DNA of 64,000 bases from Deferribacterales bacterium (GCA_050251875.1 JBFWMA010000001.1:1-64000); one strand, 5' to 3'; shown: positions 1 through 8,877, counted from the first letter of the stretch. A program made the numbers and translations. Notes: generated by a model not told the origin, from the sequence alone.

Positions 1-1250
1 GGTGTCCACTGGTAGATGTCGTTTCTGACGGGAACGGCGACCCCGAGGCTCTTTCTGTCGATGTATTTTATGGAGTCCTCATACTGAGGATTGGTGCTGA
101 GAACAATGTTTCCGTGGCGGTCCACAAGAGTGAAATACGCATCGGAATCTTTTGTCAGGTTTATCATCATGTCTTTAATAGCTTGGAAATCAAGCGTTCC
201 CTGGATGAATCCGAACATTTTTCCGTCCCTGTTCCTGATGGTTTTCACCAGAGCCACCGTGTTTTTCTGCGATCCTGTTATTCCGCTGTCGATTACGTCT
301 GAGACATAGATATTTTTATCCGCAGCGGCAGAGAAGAAATTCTGATTGCTGAAATCCTTGTCTCTGATGCTGACGATTCTTCCGTTCTCTTTGGTATAGG
401 TGGATACGGCTTTCAGCCCGGAATCCACTATGCTCATGTTTTTGAATCCGGATGTGGACTTGAGCACGCTTATCAGGTGTGTGTCTATGTGAAACTGGTC
501 GTTGGCGTGGTAGATATCGTTTCCGGACAGAACCAGATCAGAGAGCAGCTCCTCTTTTTTGATTGATTCGTCAAAGAAGCCCACCATAGCCGTTGTAGTG
601 GCGTTATATACTGTGTTCAGCCTGGAAGTCAGCTCGGCGGACATGTCGTCTCTGCTGTTTTTAACATTTATTATGATAAAGATTAGAGCGGGCAGTACGG
701 CCGTCACCACCAGAATCTTGAAAAAGATATGCTTGATATATACCTGCTGGTATTTCCTGCCGGAAATTTTCATGACATAGTTTATCAGATGGAATATGGC
801 GGAACCGATCAGGGCGTTCACTATCCCGTTGGTACTCTGTTTCAACATTATAAGCATGGTGTTGTTCAGGTTCATTCCCATTATCAGGTGGTAGGTGACG
901 AATATTATGGCGAAACCGCAGGTGACCCAGTAGATCAGGTCGATCACTATGATATCGCCGGTTTTCTTTCGGAAGATGCTGACGAAGGCGGTCTCAGCGG
1001 TGAATATTATTATGGCGTACGGATGGTTCCATAGCACATAGGTGTAAAGAGACGCTATGAAAGCCGGGAGAATGGCATATCTGCCGATGTATTTGACAGC
1101 GAGCATGGCGAAGATGCTGCCGAAAAGAACATCGACATTGAAAAACAGCTCAACCCTGAAATAGTTTCCGGCGAAGCCGAGAATAGAAAAAATAAAAACA
1201 AAAAGCCAGAAAGTTATAGGCTTTTTTTCAGTAAATAAATCCGCACTCAT
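1..1250 (-). CDS. Membrane-bound signal-transduction protein (N-terminal multi-TM region plus Cache-like domain); 3' end runs off the window, output domain not visible
   Basis: Manual translation from ATG at 1250: MSADLFTEKKPITFWLFVFIFSILGFAGNYFRVELFFNVDVLFGSIFAMLAV... several TM helices, then ...KDFSNQNFF...YVSDVI...RDGKMFGFIQGTLD...FTLVDRHGNIV, a Cache-like pattern. Open to the window edge and absent from the ORF track. Confidence 0.75.
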   Translation of the reverse strand, partial: MSADLFTEKKPITFWLFVFIFSILGFAGNYFRVELFFNVDVLFGSIFAMLAVKYIGRYAILPAFIASLYTYVLWNHPYAIIIFTAETAFVSIFRKKTGDIIVIDLIYWVTCGFAIIFVTYHLIMGMNLNNTMLIMLKQSTNGIVNALIGSAIFHLINYVMKISGRKYQQVYIKHIFFKILVVTAVLPALIFIIINVKNSRDDMSAELTSRLNTVYNATTTAMVGFFDESIKKEELLSDLVLSGNDIYHANDQFHIDTHLISVLKSTSGFKNMSIVDSGLKAVSTYTKENGRIVSIRDKDFSNQNFFSAAADKNIYVSDVIDSGITGSQKNTVALVKTIRNRDGKMFGFIQGTLDFQAIKDMMINLTKDSDAYFTLVDRHGNIVLSTNPQYEDSIKYIDRKSLGVAVPVRNDIYQWT

Positions 1251-1402
1251 AATGCGTCCCCGAATAAGAGTAATACATTGTATGTTACCATATGTCTGTT
1301 ATAATGTTAGTATAAGTTTTGGTTACAGTATATACAAGGCTATTTTCTTTCAACCTGTAAAATCTATTTACAGATAAGAATAACGCTCCGCAGAGGATTA
1401 CA

Positions 1403-2149
1403 ATGACGGGATCATACATCGCTATAGCGTTTTTTTTCATTTTTACCCTGATATTCAGCAAAAAAGCCGGGCTGGATATGACGAAACAGATCAGTGTCGC
1501 CGGGGTTCGCTCAGTCGTTCAGATGTTTCTGATGGGAGTGGCTCTGGAATATATATTTAAACTGCAAAGCGTATGGCACGTCATATACTTCGCCGCTTTC
1601 ATGTCGGTCTTCGCCGCATACACGGCGAAAGACAGGGTGAACGCCGAGTGCTCCTGCATGATGCGTGGTTTTCTTTCCATATACATCCCGTCCATGCTGG
1701 GGCTTCTGCCCGTTATTCTCAGCGGCGCCGTGCCTATCCAGATGAACTCTGTTCTGCCTGTGGCGGGTATGGTGGTGGGCAACTGCATGAACGCCTACAG
1801 CATCACAGTGGACAGGCTCCGGGCAGAGGCGAAGGCCAACCTGCCTACCATCAAAGGAATTCTGGCGCTGGGGCTTCCTATGGACACAGCGGCTAAAGAC
1901 AGCGTGAATAATTCTATCAGGGCGGGCGTCAGACCTGTTCTGAACAACATAGCGTCTCTGGGCGTGGTTCTTCTGCCGGGGCTTGCGGCGGGACTTATCA
2001 TGGCAGGGGTTTCTCCGCTGAAAGCTGTTGTGTATCAGCTCGTGGTGATGTATATGATTTTCGGAGTCAATTTTCTGACATCCTATATCGCCTGCCGTCT
2101 GTTCATGCTGGAGATGGTTAAGACAGCGGCGACAGAGGTTAGCGCATGA
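1403..2149 (+). CDS. fetB: UPF0014/FetB (YbbM)-family ABC permease
   Basis: Hydrophobic 248 aa with R..VQM..MG..L, P..GM..GN.MN and G.V.LPG...G.I.AG.SP..AV.YQ motifs; GAGG upstream. Confidence 0.8.
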   Translation: MTGSYIAIAFFFIFTLIFSKKAGLDMTKQISVAGVRSVVQMFLMGVALEYIFKLQSVWHVIYFAAFMSVFAAYTAKDRVNAECSCMMRGFLSIYIPSMLGLLPVILSGAVPIQMNSVLPVAGMVVGNCMNAYSITVDRLRAEAKANLPTIKGILALGLPMDTAAKDSVNNSIRAGVRPVLNNIASLGVVLLPGLAAGLIMAGVSPLKAVVYQLVVMYMIFGVNFLTSYIACRLFMLEMVKTAATEVSA

Positions 2150-2748
2150 CGCTTTTATATTTTCTTGATCTTCTGGGTACATTCGCTTTCGCCGTGAGCG
2201 GCGCTCTGGCGGGAGCCAGAAAAGAGCTGGACATATACGGAATCTGTTTTCTGGCGGTGGTGACCGCTGTTGGCGGCGGCACGGTGAGAGACACCATGCT
2301 GGGGCGCATCCCCCCGTTTCTGTTTAATGACCTGAACTATCTGTTTCTGTCGCTTCTGGCGGCGGTTATGGTCTTTCTCTTTCACAGCCATGTCAAAAAG
2401 AAATATAATCTGCTGGTGTGGATGGATGCTCTGGGACTGGGCGTTTTTAACGTTATCGGAATCAACATCGCCATGCACTGCGGGGTGGGATATATCGGCA
2501 GTATGATTTTCGGGGTTATGACAGGCACTCTGGGCGGGATGATGCGTGACGTTCTGATCGGCTCAACGCCTTTCGTTCTGACCAGCGAAGTTTACGCCTC
2601 GGCGTGTATAGCCGGCGGAGCGCTCTTCTGCGGTCTGGATTACGCCGGATTTCCTCCTGCGCCTAACACCGCTCTCAGCGCCGTGCTGGTCTTTTTCGTG
2701 CGCATGTATACCCTCAAGAGAGGGCTTCATCTGCCTAAAGTAAAATAG
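2146..2748 (+). CDS. Trimeric intracellular cation channel (UPF0126/YadS-like) membrane protein
   Basis: DLLGTFAFAVSGA, TAVGGGTVRD, DALGLGVF, TGTLGGMMRD repeats; ATGA overlap with previous gene. Confidence 0.9.
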   Translation: MTLLYFLDLLGTFAFAVSGALAGARKELDIYGICFLAVVTAVGGGTVRDTMLGRIPPFLFNDLNYLFLSLLAAVMVFLFHSHVKKKYNLLVWMDALGLGVFNVIGINIAMHCGVGYIGSMIFGVMTGTLGGMMRDVLIGSTPFVLTSEVYASACIAGGALFCGLDYAGFPPAPNTALSAVLVFFVRMYTLKRGLHLPKVK

Positions 2749-2749
2749 A

Positions 2750-3973
2750 TTATCTGTTGTCCACAACTCTGACGGCTTTTCCGGCTGAGCGTTCCAGAGT
2801 TCCTATTTTCAGGAACTGAACGTCCACATGGAAGCCGAGGAAGTCATACAGCTTTGTCAGCAGTCTGTCTTTGTCCTCTTCTATCATTCCGGATGTCTCG
2901 ACAGCCAGGGTAACATCGCCCTTCTCGTTCTTTTTGTCGAGAATAATGCGGTATTCCTCGCCTATATCGGTGAACTCCATCAGGATAGATTCTATCTGAG
3001 CGGGGTAGAAGTTGACCCCTTTCACTTTCAGCATGTCGTCTGTTCTGCCTTTGAGTCTTGCTACTTTTACAGTGTGCAGACCGCATTTGCAGGGTTCTCT
3101 GCTGATGATCTTTGTGATGTCACGGGTGCGGTAGCGGATTAGTGGCAGTCCCTCACGGGTGAGCGTGGTTACCACCATCTCTCCCTCCTGCCCGTCCGGC
3201 AGGGGTTCGCCTGTTTCGGGGTTGATTATCTCCACTATGTAGTGGTCGTCCCACACATGTATTCCGTCATGTTCGGTGCAGTCGATTCCCAGACCGACAC
3301 CGCCTGTCTCTGTCATTCCTATTATGTCGAATGATTCTATGCCCATCTCTCTCTCGATGCGCTTTCTCATGCCGTCTGTCCAGGTTTCCGCGCCGAAGAT
3401 TCCCACACGGAGCTTGGTCTTGCGAAAATCGAAATCTTCCTGTTTCGCCACTTCTATCAGTCTCATGGGATATGAGGCTATGGCGCAGAGGCATGTGGTC
3501 TCCAGATCTTTAATGAACTGAAGCTGGAGCATGGAGCGTCCGGCGCCCATGGGGATTATAAAACTTTTGAGCTTTTCAGCGCCGTAATGAAATCCGAATC
3601 CGCCGTTGAAAAGCCCGAAAGAGGGGGTGATCTGTACTATGTCGTCTGATGTCACTCCTGCTGTGGTGTAGCATCTCGCCATCATGTCGCCCCACTGGCT
3701 CACGTCTGATTCGGTCATGGGATTGATGATGGGGTGACCTGTTGTTCCGCTGGACATGTGCATGCGCATGCACTTTTTCGGATCGACACAGGCGAAGGCA
3801 AAGGGATAGCCTGTGCGCAGTATCTCTTTTGTCATGAAGGGCATTTTTGTCAGGTCTTCATATGATGTCACTCTGTCTGATTCATATCTGGACCAGTAAA
3901 AAGAGTTCGAGTTTTTTATATGATGAAGAGTGGTTCCCAGCTTAAGAAGCTGGATATCAGACAGTTTGTGCAT
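2750..3973 (-). CDS. paaK: Phenylacetate(aryl-acid)-CoA ligase
   Basis: SSGTTG AMP-binding loop, YRTRDIT, GRTDDMLKVKGVN, GKAVRVVD motifs. Confidence 0.9.
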   Translation of the reverse strand: MHKLSDIQLLKLGTTLHHIKNSNSFYWSRYESDRVTSYEDLTKMPFMTKEILRTGYPFAFACVDPKKCMRMHMSSGTTGHPIINPMTESDVSQWGDMMARCYTTAGVTSDDIVQITPSFGLFNGGFGFHYGAEKLKSFIIPMGAGRSMLQLQFIKDLETTCLCAIASYPMRLIEVAKQEDFDFRKTKLRVGIFGAETWTDGMRKRIEREMGIESFDIIGMTETGGVGLGIDCTEHDGIHVWDDHYIVEIINPETGEPLPDGQEGEMVVTTLTREGLPLIRYRTRDITKIISREPCKCGLHTVKVARLKGRTDDMLKVKGVNFYPAQIESILMEFTDIGEEYRIILDKKNEKGDVTLAVETSGMIEEDKDRLLTKLYDFLGFHVDVQFLKIGTLERSAGKAVRVVDNR

Positions 3974-4469
3974 TTTCTACTCCGTACTTTACAGCATCTA
4001 TGTTAATTTTTGGCGCATTTTTTAATATTTCTAAGGCTTTGTCAACATCAAGCCCTCTGAAACATCCCAGAAAAGCGCCCAGAAGTATCTGTCCGGCGAG
4101 TATTTTATTCCCGAATTTTTCGTGGGCGGTGCCTGTGGCGTCCAGAGATATTATTCTGAAATCGCCATCTATCGGTGTTTTGTCTTCTGTGTCCAGAATC
4201 AGCACGCCGCCCCGGCGCAGATAGGGCAGGTTGCGCAGAGCCTCGTCACGGGTGAGGCTGATGATGAAATCGCCGTCTCCCAGAGCCACGCTTGCGCTCT
4301 GTCCCTCGCCAATTTTTATATATGTGGCGACTGAGCCGCCTCTCATAGCCATGCCGTGTGTTTCGGCGGATATGGCGCTGAGCCCCAGTCCGCTCGCCAG
4401 TGTGCCTATCATGGCGTTAAGGGTTATTACTCCCTGTCCGCCTTTTCCGCAGATAACGCCTTTTATCAT
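3957..4469 (-). CDS. iorB: Indolepyruvate/arylpyruvate:ferredoxin oxidoreductase beta subunit
   Basis: G.GGQGV and ETHGMAMRGGSV motifs; overlaps iorA and paaK. Confidence 0.9.
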   Translation of the reverse strand: MIKGVICGKGGQGVITLNAMIGTLASGLGLSAISAETHGMAMRGGSVATYIKIGEGQSASVALGDGDFIISLTRDEALRNLPYLRRGGVLILDTEDKTPIDGDFRIISLDATGTAHEKFGNKILAGQILLGAFLGCFRGLDVDKALEILKNAPKINIDAVKYGVENAQTV

Positions 4470-6202
4470 TTTCTCACCCCTATGGCCTTATTGGGGCAGA
4501 CCTGTAAGCAGACCATACAGCCCACGCAGGCTGATTCGTCTATCTCTGCCATGTGTTTCGGTCTGCTGCGGGATATCGCCGGACACTCGAACCAGTCATA
4601 GCATATTGTGCAGTCTATGCAGTTGTCCAGAATCACGGCTGTCTTTTTGTTCTTATATCTGGTTTTGGTTACGCACTCTTTGCGGAAAATGACGACAGCG
4701 GGGGTGCTGTTTTCATGGGCATATTCCAGAGCGCTTCTCAGAGCGTTCACGCTCTTAAGCAGGTTATAGGGGTCGATTGTCACGATGTTTGTAACACCGG
4801 CTCCCTGACACGCCTGCTCTATGCTTATCAGCCCGCTCATGTGAGGCACAGGCTGAAAACCTGTCATGGCGGTTGTTTCATTATCAAGTATTGCCACCAC
4901 TATGGGCGCTTTGTTCAGCACCGCGTTAGTCAGCCCTGACACTCCCGTGTGAAAGAATGTGGAATCGCCTATGGTGCAGATAACGGGTTTTTCGGGGTTG
5001 GAGCGTTTCATGCTCTCGGCGAATGTGATGGACGCGCCCATGCAGATGCAGGTGTCCACAGCGTTCAGGTTGATCCCCAGAGTATAGCAGCCGATATCAC
5101 CCGGGTAAATTCCGTCCGGAGCCGCCAGCTTCATGGCATAGAAAGCGGGTCTGTGTCCGCATCCGGCGCAGAGTCTGGGCTTAAGAGGAGCTGGTGAACC
5201 GAAGCTGTTGTCTATCTTCTCTTCTATGGGGATTCCAGCTGTCTTTTTCAGACAGTTTTCTATGATGTCGGCTGTTAGCTCGCCCTCAGAGGGGATGAGC
5301 CCGGTGAGTCTGCCGTCAGTTTTTATTGTGAAATTGCGCTCGATAACCGGAAAAGTCTCTTCCAGAACCACGATCTTGTCATAGACCATCTCCGCTTCTA
5401 TGACGAAATGTTTGTCCAGAGGGAAGGGCATGTCAACCTTGATAATGTCGAAAGGCAGTTCCAGAGATTCTATAACGTCATGCGCCATGGCATATGCGTA
5501 TCCGGAGGCGATGACCGCCATGTCGTGTTTCTTTTCGGGCATTTTCGGAGCGTTCTCAGCCGCCACTATCTCCAGCGTGCGGTTGAGTTTTTCGTGGAGC
5601 ATCCTGCGGAATTTCGGTGTTGCCGCCCAGCGGGATGTGTCTTTTATGAATGAGCCTTTGATAGCGGGAGCGGGCTCTATGTCTGTGGAAAAATTCTGTC
5701 TGGAATGGCAGACACGCATAACGGGGCGCACCATTACAGGGAGCTGATATCTGGCGGATGTCTCATAGGCTTTCAGGGTCAGGCGGTACGCGTCCGCCGG
5801 GTTGCACGGGTCGAACACGGGCATCTTTGCGCTCACGGCGTACATGCGGCTGTCCTGCTCTGTCTGGCTGCTGTAAGGACCGGGATCGTCAGCGGACACC
5901 AGAACCATTGCGCCCTCCACTCCTGTGTATGCCACAGAGAAGAGCGGATCCGCCGCCACGTTGAGCCCCACCATTTTCATGGCACACAGGGTATATGAAC
6001 CGGACACGGCTTCGCCCGCCGCCAGCTCCAGAGCGATCTTTTCGTTCAGCGACCACTGGGAGTATCTTTCAGGAGCGAAATGCATGAATGATGAGAGTAT
6101 CTCGCTGGATGGCGTGCCGGGATAGGCATATGCGCTTTTTACCCCTGCGTGATAGGCGGCCAGAGCCATAAGCTCGTTGCCCAGAAAAAATCCTTTAACC
6201 AT
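4466..6202 (-). CDS. iorA: Indolepyruvate/arylpyruvate:ferredoxin oxidoreductase alpha subunit
   Basis: LGNE..A, YPGTPSSEI, NEKIALE, GLNVAADP, LCAGCGHR, GDIGCY, IGDSTFFH, DNETTAMTG and two C-terminal 4Fe-4S motifs. Confidence 0.95.
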   Translation of the reverse strand: MVKGFFLGNELMALAAYHAGVKSAYAYPGTPSSEILSSFMHFAPERYSQWSLNEKIALELAAGEAVSGSYTLCAMKMVGLNVAADPLFSVAYTGVEGAMVLVSADDPGPYSSQTEQDSRMYAVSAKMPVFDPCNPADAYRLTLKAYETSARYQLPVMVRPVMRVCHSRQNFSTDIEPAPAIKGSFIKDTSRWAATPKFRRMLHEKLNRTLEIVAAENAPKMPEKKHDMAVIASGYAYAMAHDVIESLELPFDIIKVDMPFPLDKHFVIEAEMVYDKIVVLEETFPVIERNFTIKTDGRLTGLIPSEGELTADIIENCLKKTAGIPIEEKIDNSFGSPAPLKPRLCAGCGHRPAFYAMKLAAPDGIYPGDIGCYTLGINLNAVDTCICMGASITFAESMKRSNPEKPVICTIGDSTFFHTGVSGLTNAVLNKAPIVVAILDNETTAMTGFQPVPHMSGLISIEQACQGAGVTNIVTIDPYNLLKSVNALRSALEYAHENSTPAVVIFRKECVTKTRYKNKKTAVILDNCIDCTICYDWFECPAISRSRPKHMAEIDESACVGCMVCLQVCPNKAIGVRK

Positions 6203-6311
6203 AAAATGCCCCGATTGTTAAAATTGCGTAAAAAAGAATATACACAAAGGATATGAGAATGAAAACAAAAAAGACGAAATTAACTTCATGGATGAAGTTT
6301 ATGGATTGTCT

Positions 6312-6384
6312 GAGATTGCCGCGTCGCTAACGCTCCTCGCAATGACTGTAAATTGGCGTCATTGCGAGCGGAGCGAAGCAATCT
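6312..6384. repeat. Inverted pair of REP-like palindromic units (GTCATTGCGAG...GCAATCT family), copy 1
   Basis: GAGATTGCC...CTCGCAATGAC (6312-6346) faces GTCATTGCGAG...GAAGCAATCT (6358-6384); second pair at 19129-19212. Confidence 0.8.
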
Positions 6385-6397
6385 TATACGATGGTTA

Positions 6398-7510
6398 TTA
6401 TAAATCTTCTAAAATGAATTTTCCGTTTTTCACTCTTACCATCACCAGAGACGATGTGTCCAGACCGCAGTGGTCTTCCTTGGTAATGTTATAGATGCCT
6501 GTTACTCCGGCGAAATTCTTCGTGGTTTCCAGCGCCTGAACGATGGATACGTTCTCTGTCTTTGAACGTTTCACGGCGTTCAGCAGAAGGTTGATACCGT
6601 CATAAGCATAAATGGCGTGAACGGATGTGGCGTCAATCAGTTTTCCGTATCTTTTCAGAAAGCTGTCGATGGTTTTTTTCTGGGGGTCGTTCGCGGGAAT
6701 GCTGTCCGCCACCAGAATTTTCAGAGCGGGCATAACAGAGCCCTCGGCAGAGCTGCCTGCCAGTTTCAGATATGAGTGGTCGGCAATTCCGTGTGACTGT
6801 ATCATCAGGATGTTCTTATCCAGCTGACGAAGGCTTTTTGCTGCTACTGAACCAGCTTTGCCCACTGTCCAGATGATGACAGCCTGAGGCTTGGTGGACA
6901 GAACTTTTGACATCTGAGTTGTCATGTCTGTGTCTGTCATGTTGAATTTTTCGACTGTTGTTATGGTTAAGCCGGCGGAATATTTGTTTATCTGATCCAG
7001 ACCGTCCTGACCGAACCCTGTGGCGTCTATCACCACACCGATTCTTGTTATTCCCTTCTTTTTCAGATATGCAAAAGTTTTTTCCACCGCTGTGGATGTT
7101 TTCTGGGGCGATTTGAACATAAAAGGCTTAACAGGCTCAACAGGAGGTGTTCCGCCTACTAAACCCATTGTGGGCATCTTGGCGGCGGTGATATCGCCCA
7201 TGATAGCCATTGCGCCGCCTGTGGAGTTAGGTCCCACTATGACGTCCACTCTGTCCATCTTTATCAGTTTTTTGACGAAAGTCATCGCTTTGTCGGGCAT
7301 GCCCTGTGTGTCGTAAGAAACCAGAACAATTTTTTCGCCGAGCATATTTGATTTGTTTGCCTCATCTATGGCGCCCATAACGATCTCTTCGGAAGGTTTT
7401 CCGATGTTTGATATGGGACCTGTCAGAGCCAGCAGAGCGCCTATTTTCACATCGGCGTACGCTGAGGCGGACAGGAGCAGAAACAGTAAGGCGGCGGTCA
7501 GTCTTTTCAT
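6398..7510 (-). CDS. ABC transporter substrate-binding protein, LivK/Peripla_BP_6 type (aromatic-acid-binding subgroup likely)
   Basis: Signal peptide, VKIGALLALTGP..G, YDT, VDVIVGP, YAYDG, FAGVTG motifs; GGAGG RBS. Confidence 0.88.
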   Translation of the reverse strand: MKRLTAALLFLLLSASAYADVKIGALLALTGPISNIGKPSEEIVMGAIDEANKSNMLGEKIVLVSYDTQGMPDKAMTFVKKLIKMDRVDVIVGPNSTGGAMAIMGDITAAKMPTMGLVGGTPPVEPVKPFMFKSPQKTSTAVEKTFAYLKKKGITRIGVVIDATGFGQDGLDQINKYSAGLTITTVEKFNMTDTDMTTQMSKVLSTKPQAVIIWTVGKAGSVAAKSLRQLDKNILMIQSHGIADHSYLKLAGSSAEGSVMPALKILVADSIPANDPQKKTIDSFLKRYGKLIDATSVHAIYAYDGINLLLNAVKRSKTENVSIVQALETTKNFAGVTGIYNITKEDHCGLDTSSLVMVRVKNGKFILEDL

Positions 7511-7527
7511 CTATTCCTCCATACAGA

Positions 7528-7559
7528 AAATGGCTGTGAACAATCTTTCACAGCCATTT
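7528..7559 (-). terminator. 13-bp perfect hairpin between the two binding-protein genes (weak terminator or mRNA-stabilising stem)
   Basis: AAATGGCTGTGAA / TTCACAGCCATTT; only a short U tract on the minus strand, just upstream of the next RBS. Confidence 0.5.
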
Positions 7560-7598
7560 ATATGTTTTTTTGCGTATATATTCTACCTAAAAGTGAGT

Positions 7599-8708
7599 TT
7601 ACATCTCTTCCAGAACGAATTTGCCGTCTTTTACCTTCACCATTACCATGGATGAGAGGTCAAGACCGCAGTGCTCGTCTTTGGACAGGTTGAAAGTACC
7701 GTTGACCCCGGCGAAGTTCTTTGTGGTTTCCAGCGCCTGAATCATGGATATTTTTTCAGTTTTCGAGCGTTTCATGGCGTTCAGCATCAGGTTGATACCG
7801 TCATAAGCATATATAGCGTGAACTGAAGTTGCCTTGATAAGTTTTCCGAATTTTTTGTTGAATGACTCGATGACTTTTTTCTGTGGGTCGTTTGCGGGGA
7901 GGCTCTCTGCTACGATTATCTTCAGGGCGGGCATTACTGAGCCTTCAGAGGCTGCTCCCGCCAGATTCAGATAGGCATAGTCCGCTATCCCGTGTGACTG
8001 AACCAGCAGCATGTCCGGAGCGAGCGACTTGAGGTTTTTCGCCACGATGGCTCCTATCTTGCCCACTGTCCACACCACAACCGCCTGGGGCTTGGTGGAC
8101 AGAATCTTGGACATCTGGGTTGTTACGTCCGTGTCTGTCATGTTGAATTTCTCCACCGCTGTGATAGTCATTCCGGCGGCGTATTTGTTTATCTGAACCA
8201 GACCGTCCTGACCGAATCCGGTAGCGTCCACCGCCACGCCGATTCTTGTTATGCCTTTCTTTTTCAGATAGAGCAGAGACTTTTCAACGGCTGTGGATGT
8301 TTTCTGCGGTGATTTGAATACATATTCCTTAACAGGGTCTGTGATGGGTGTTCCGCCGGCGAAAGCCATAGTGGGGATCTTCGCCGCCATAACATCATTG
8401 ATAATGGAAAGGGCTTCGCCTGTTCCGTTGGGTCCTACGATGAAATCAACTTTGTCTTTAGCTATGAGTTTTTTGGTATAGAACTGAGCTCTGTCGGGCA
8501 GCGACTGTGTGTCGTAAACCACCAGAGAGATTTTCTCTCCCAGCAGATTGTTTTTGTTGGCGTCCGCTATAACGCCTTCGACTATCTCTTTTGCGGGTTT
8601 GCCCAGGTTGGATATGGGACCTGACAGCGCGAGCACCGCTCCTACCTTTATCTCGGCATAGGCGGAGACAGAGAAAAGAGCAAGTATAAAGACCAGAAAC
8701 TTTTTCAT
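7599..8708 (-). CDS. ABC transporter substrate-binding protein, tandem paralog of 6398-7510
   Basis: Start reassigned to ATG 8708 (GGAGG RBS, signal peptide MKKFLVFILALFSVSAYA); long identical blocks with its neighbour (KSPQKTSTAVEK, DATGFGQDGL, QALETTKNFAGV). Confidence 0.88.
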   Translation of the reverse strand: MKKFLVFILALFSVSAYAEIKVGAVLALSGPISNLGKPAKEIVEGVIADANKNNLLGEKISLVVYDTQSLPDRAQFYTKKLIAKDKVDFIVGPNGTGEALSIINDVMAAKIPTMAFAGGTPITDPVKEYVFKSPQKTSTAVEKSLLYLKKKGITRIGVAVDATGFGQDGLVQINKYAAGMTITAVEKFNMTDTDVTTQMSKILSTKPQAVVVWTVGKIGAIVAKNLKSLAPDMLLVQSHGIADYAYLNLAGAASEGSVMPALKIIVAESLPANDPQKKVIESFNKKFGKLIKATSVHAIYAYDGINLMLNAMKRSKTEKISMIQALETTKNFAGVNGTFNLSKDEHCGLDLSSMVMVKVKDGKFVLEEM

Positions 8709-8729
8709 GTTTTCCTCCGGATTAATTAT

Positions 8730-8765
8730 AAAAAAAGGGCTGTTGGTTTTCACCCGCAGCCCTTT
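8730..8765 (-). terminator. Intrinsic terminator (attenuator) upstream of the binding-protein gene
   Basis: Minus strand AAAGGGCTG-cgggtgaaaaccaa-CAGCCCTTTTTTT, ending about 20 nt before the ATG at 8708. Confidence 0.85.
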
Positions 8766-8790
8766 GTTTTTCCAGTCTGTAAGCGAACCC

Positions 8791-8877
8791 CTATCGGCGG
8801 CAGTCTATGTGCCAAAAGCAGAAAAAAAAGCTAAAAAAGAAGTCTGAAAACAGGGAGTTCACGTTATTTTTCTTCAT
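8791..8877 (-). CDS. Phe-rich attenuation leader peptide (28 aa, MKKNNVNSLFSDFFFSFFFCFWHIDCRR)
   Basis: Manual translation; 8 Phe codons within codons 10-21; FFFSFFFCF parallels E. coli PheL FFFAFFFTF; directly followed by antiterminator/terminator. Confidence 0.8.
   Translation of the reverse strand: MKKNNVNSLFSDFFFSFFFCFWHIDCRR

Noticed and set aside
6288..6494. 68-aa ORF (also 19095-19361, 56526-56903, 56791-57006)
   Set aside because: These are translations of palindromic repeats and antisense overlaps, not credible genes.
8709..8753. ORF-track N-terminal extension of the binding protein from 8753
   Set aside because: It runs through the terminator; ATG 8708 has a GGAGG RBS and a proper signal peptide.
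8766..8877. T-box riboswitch explanation for the leader
   Set aside because: The leader is too short for stem I and I see no T-box antiterminator consensus (UGGNACC); the Phe-codon ORF explains it better.
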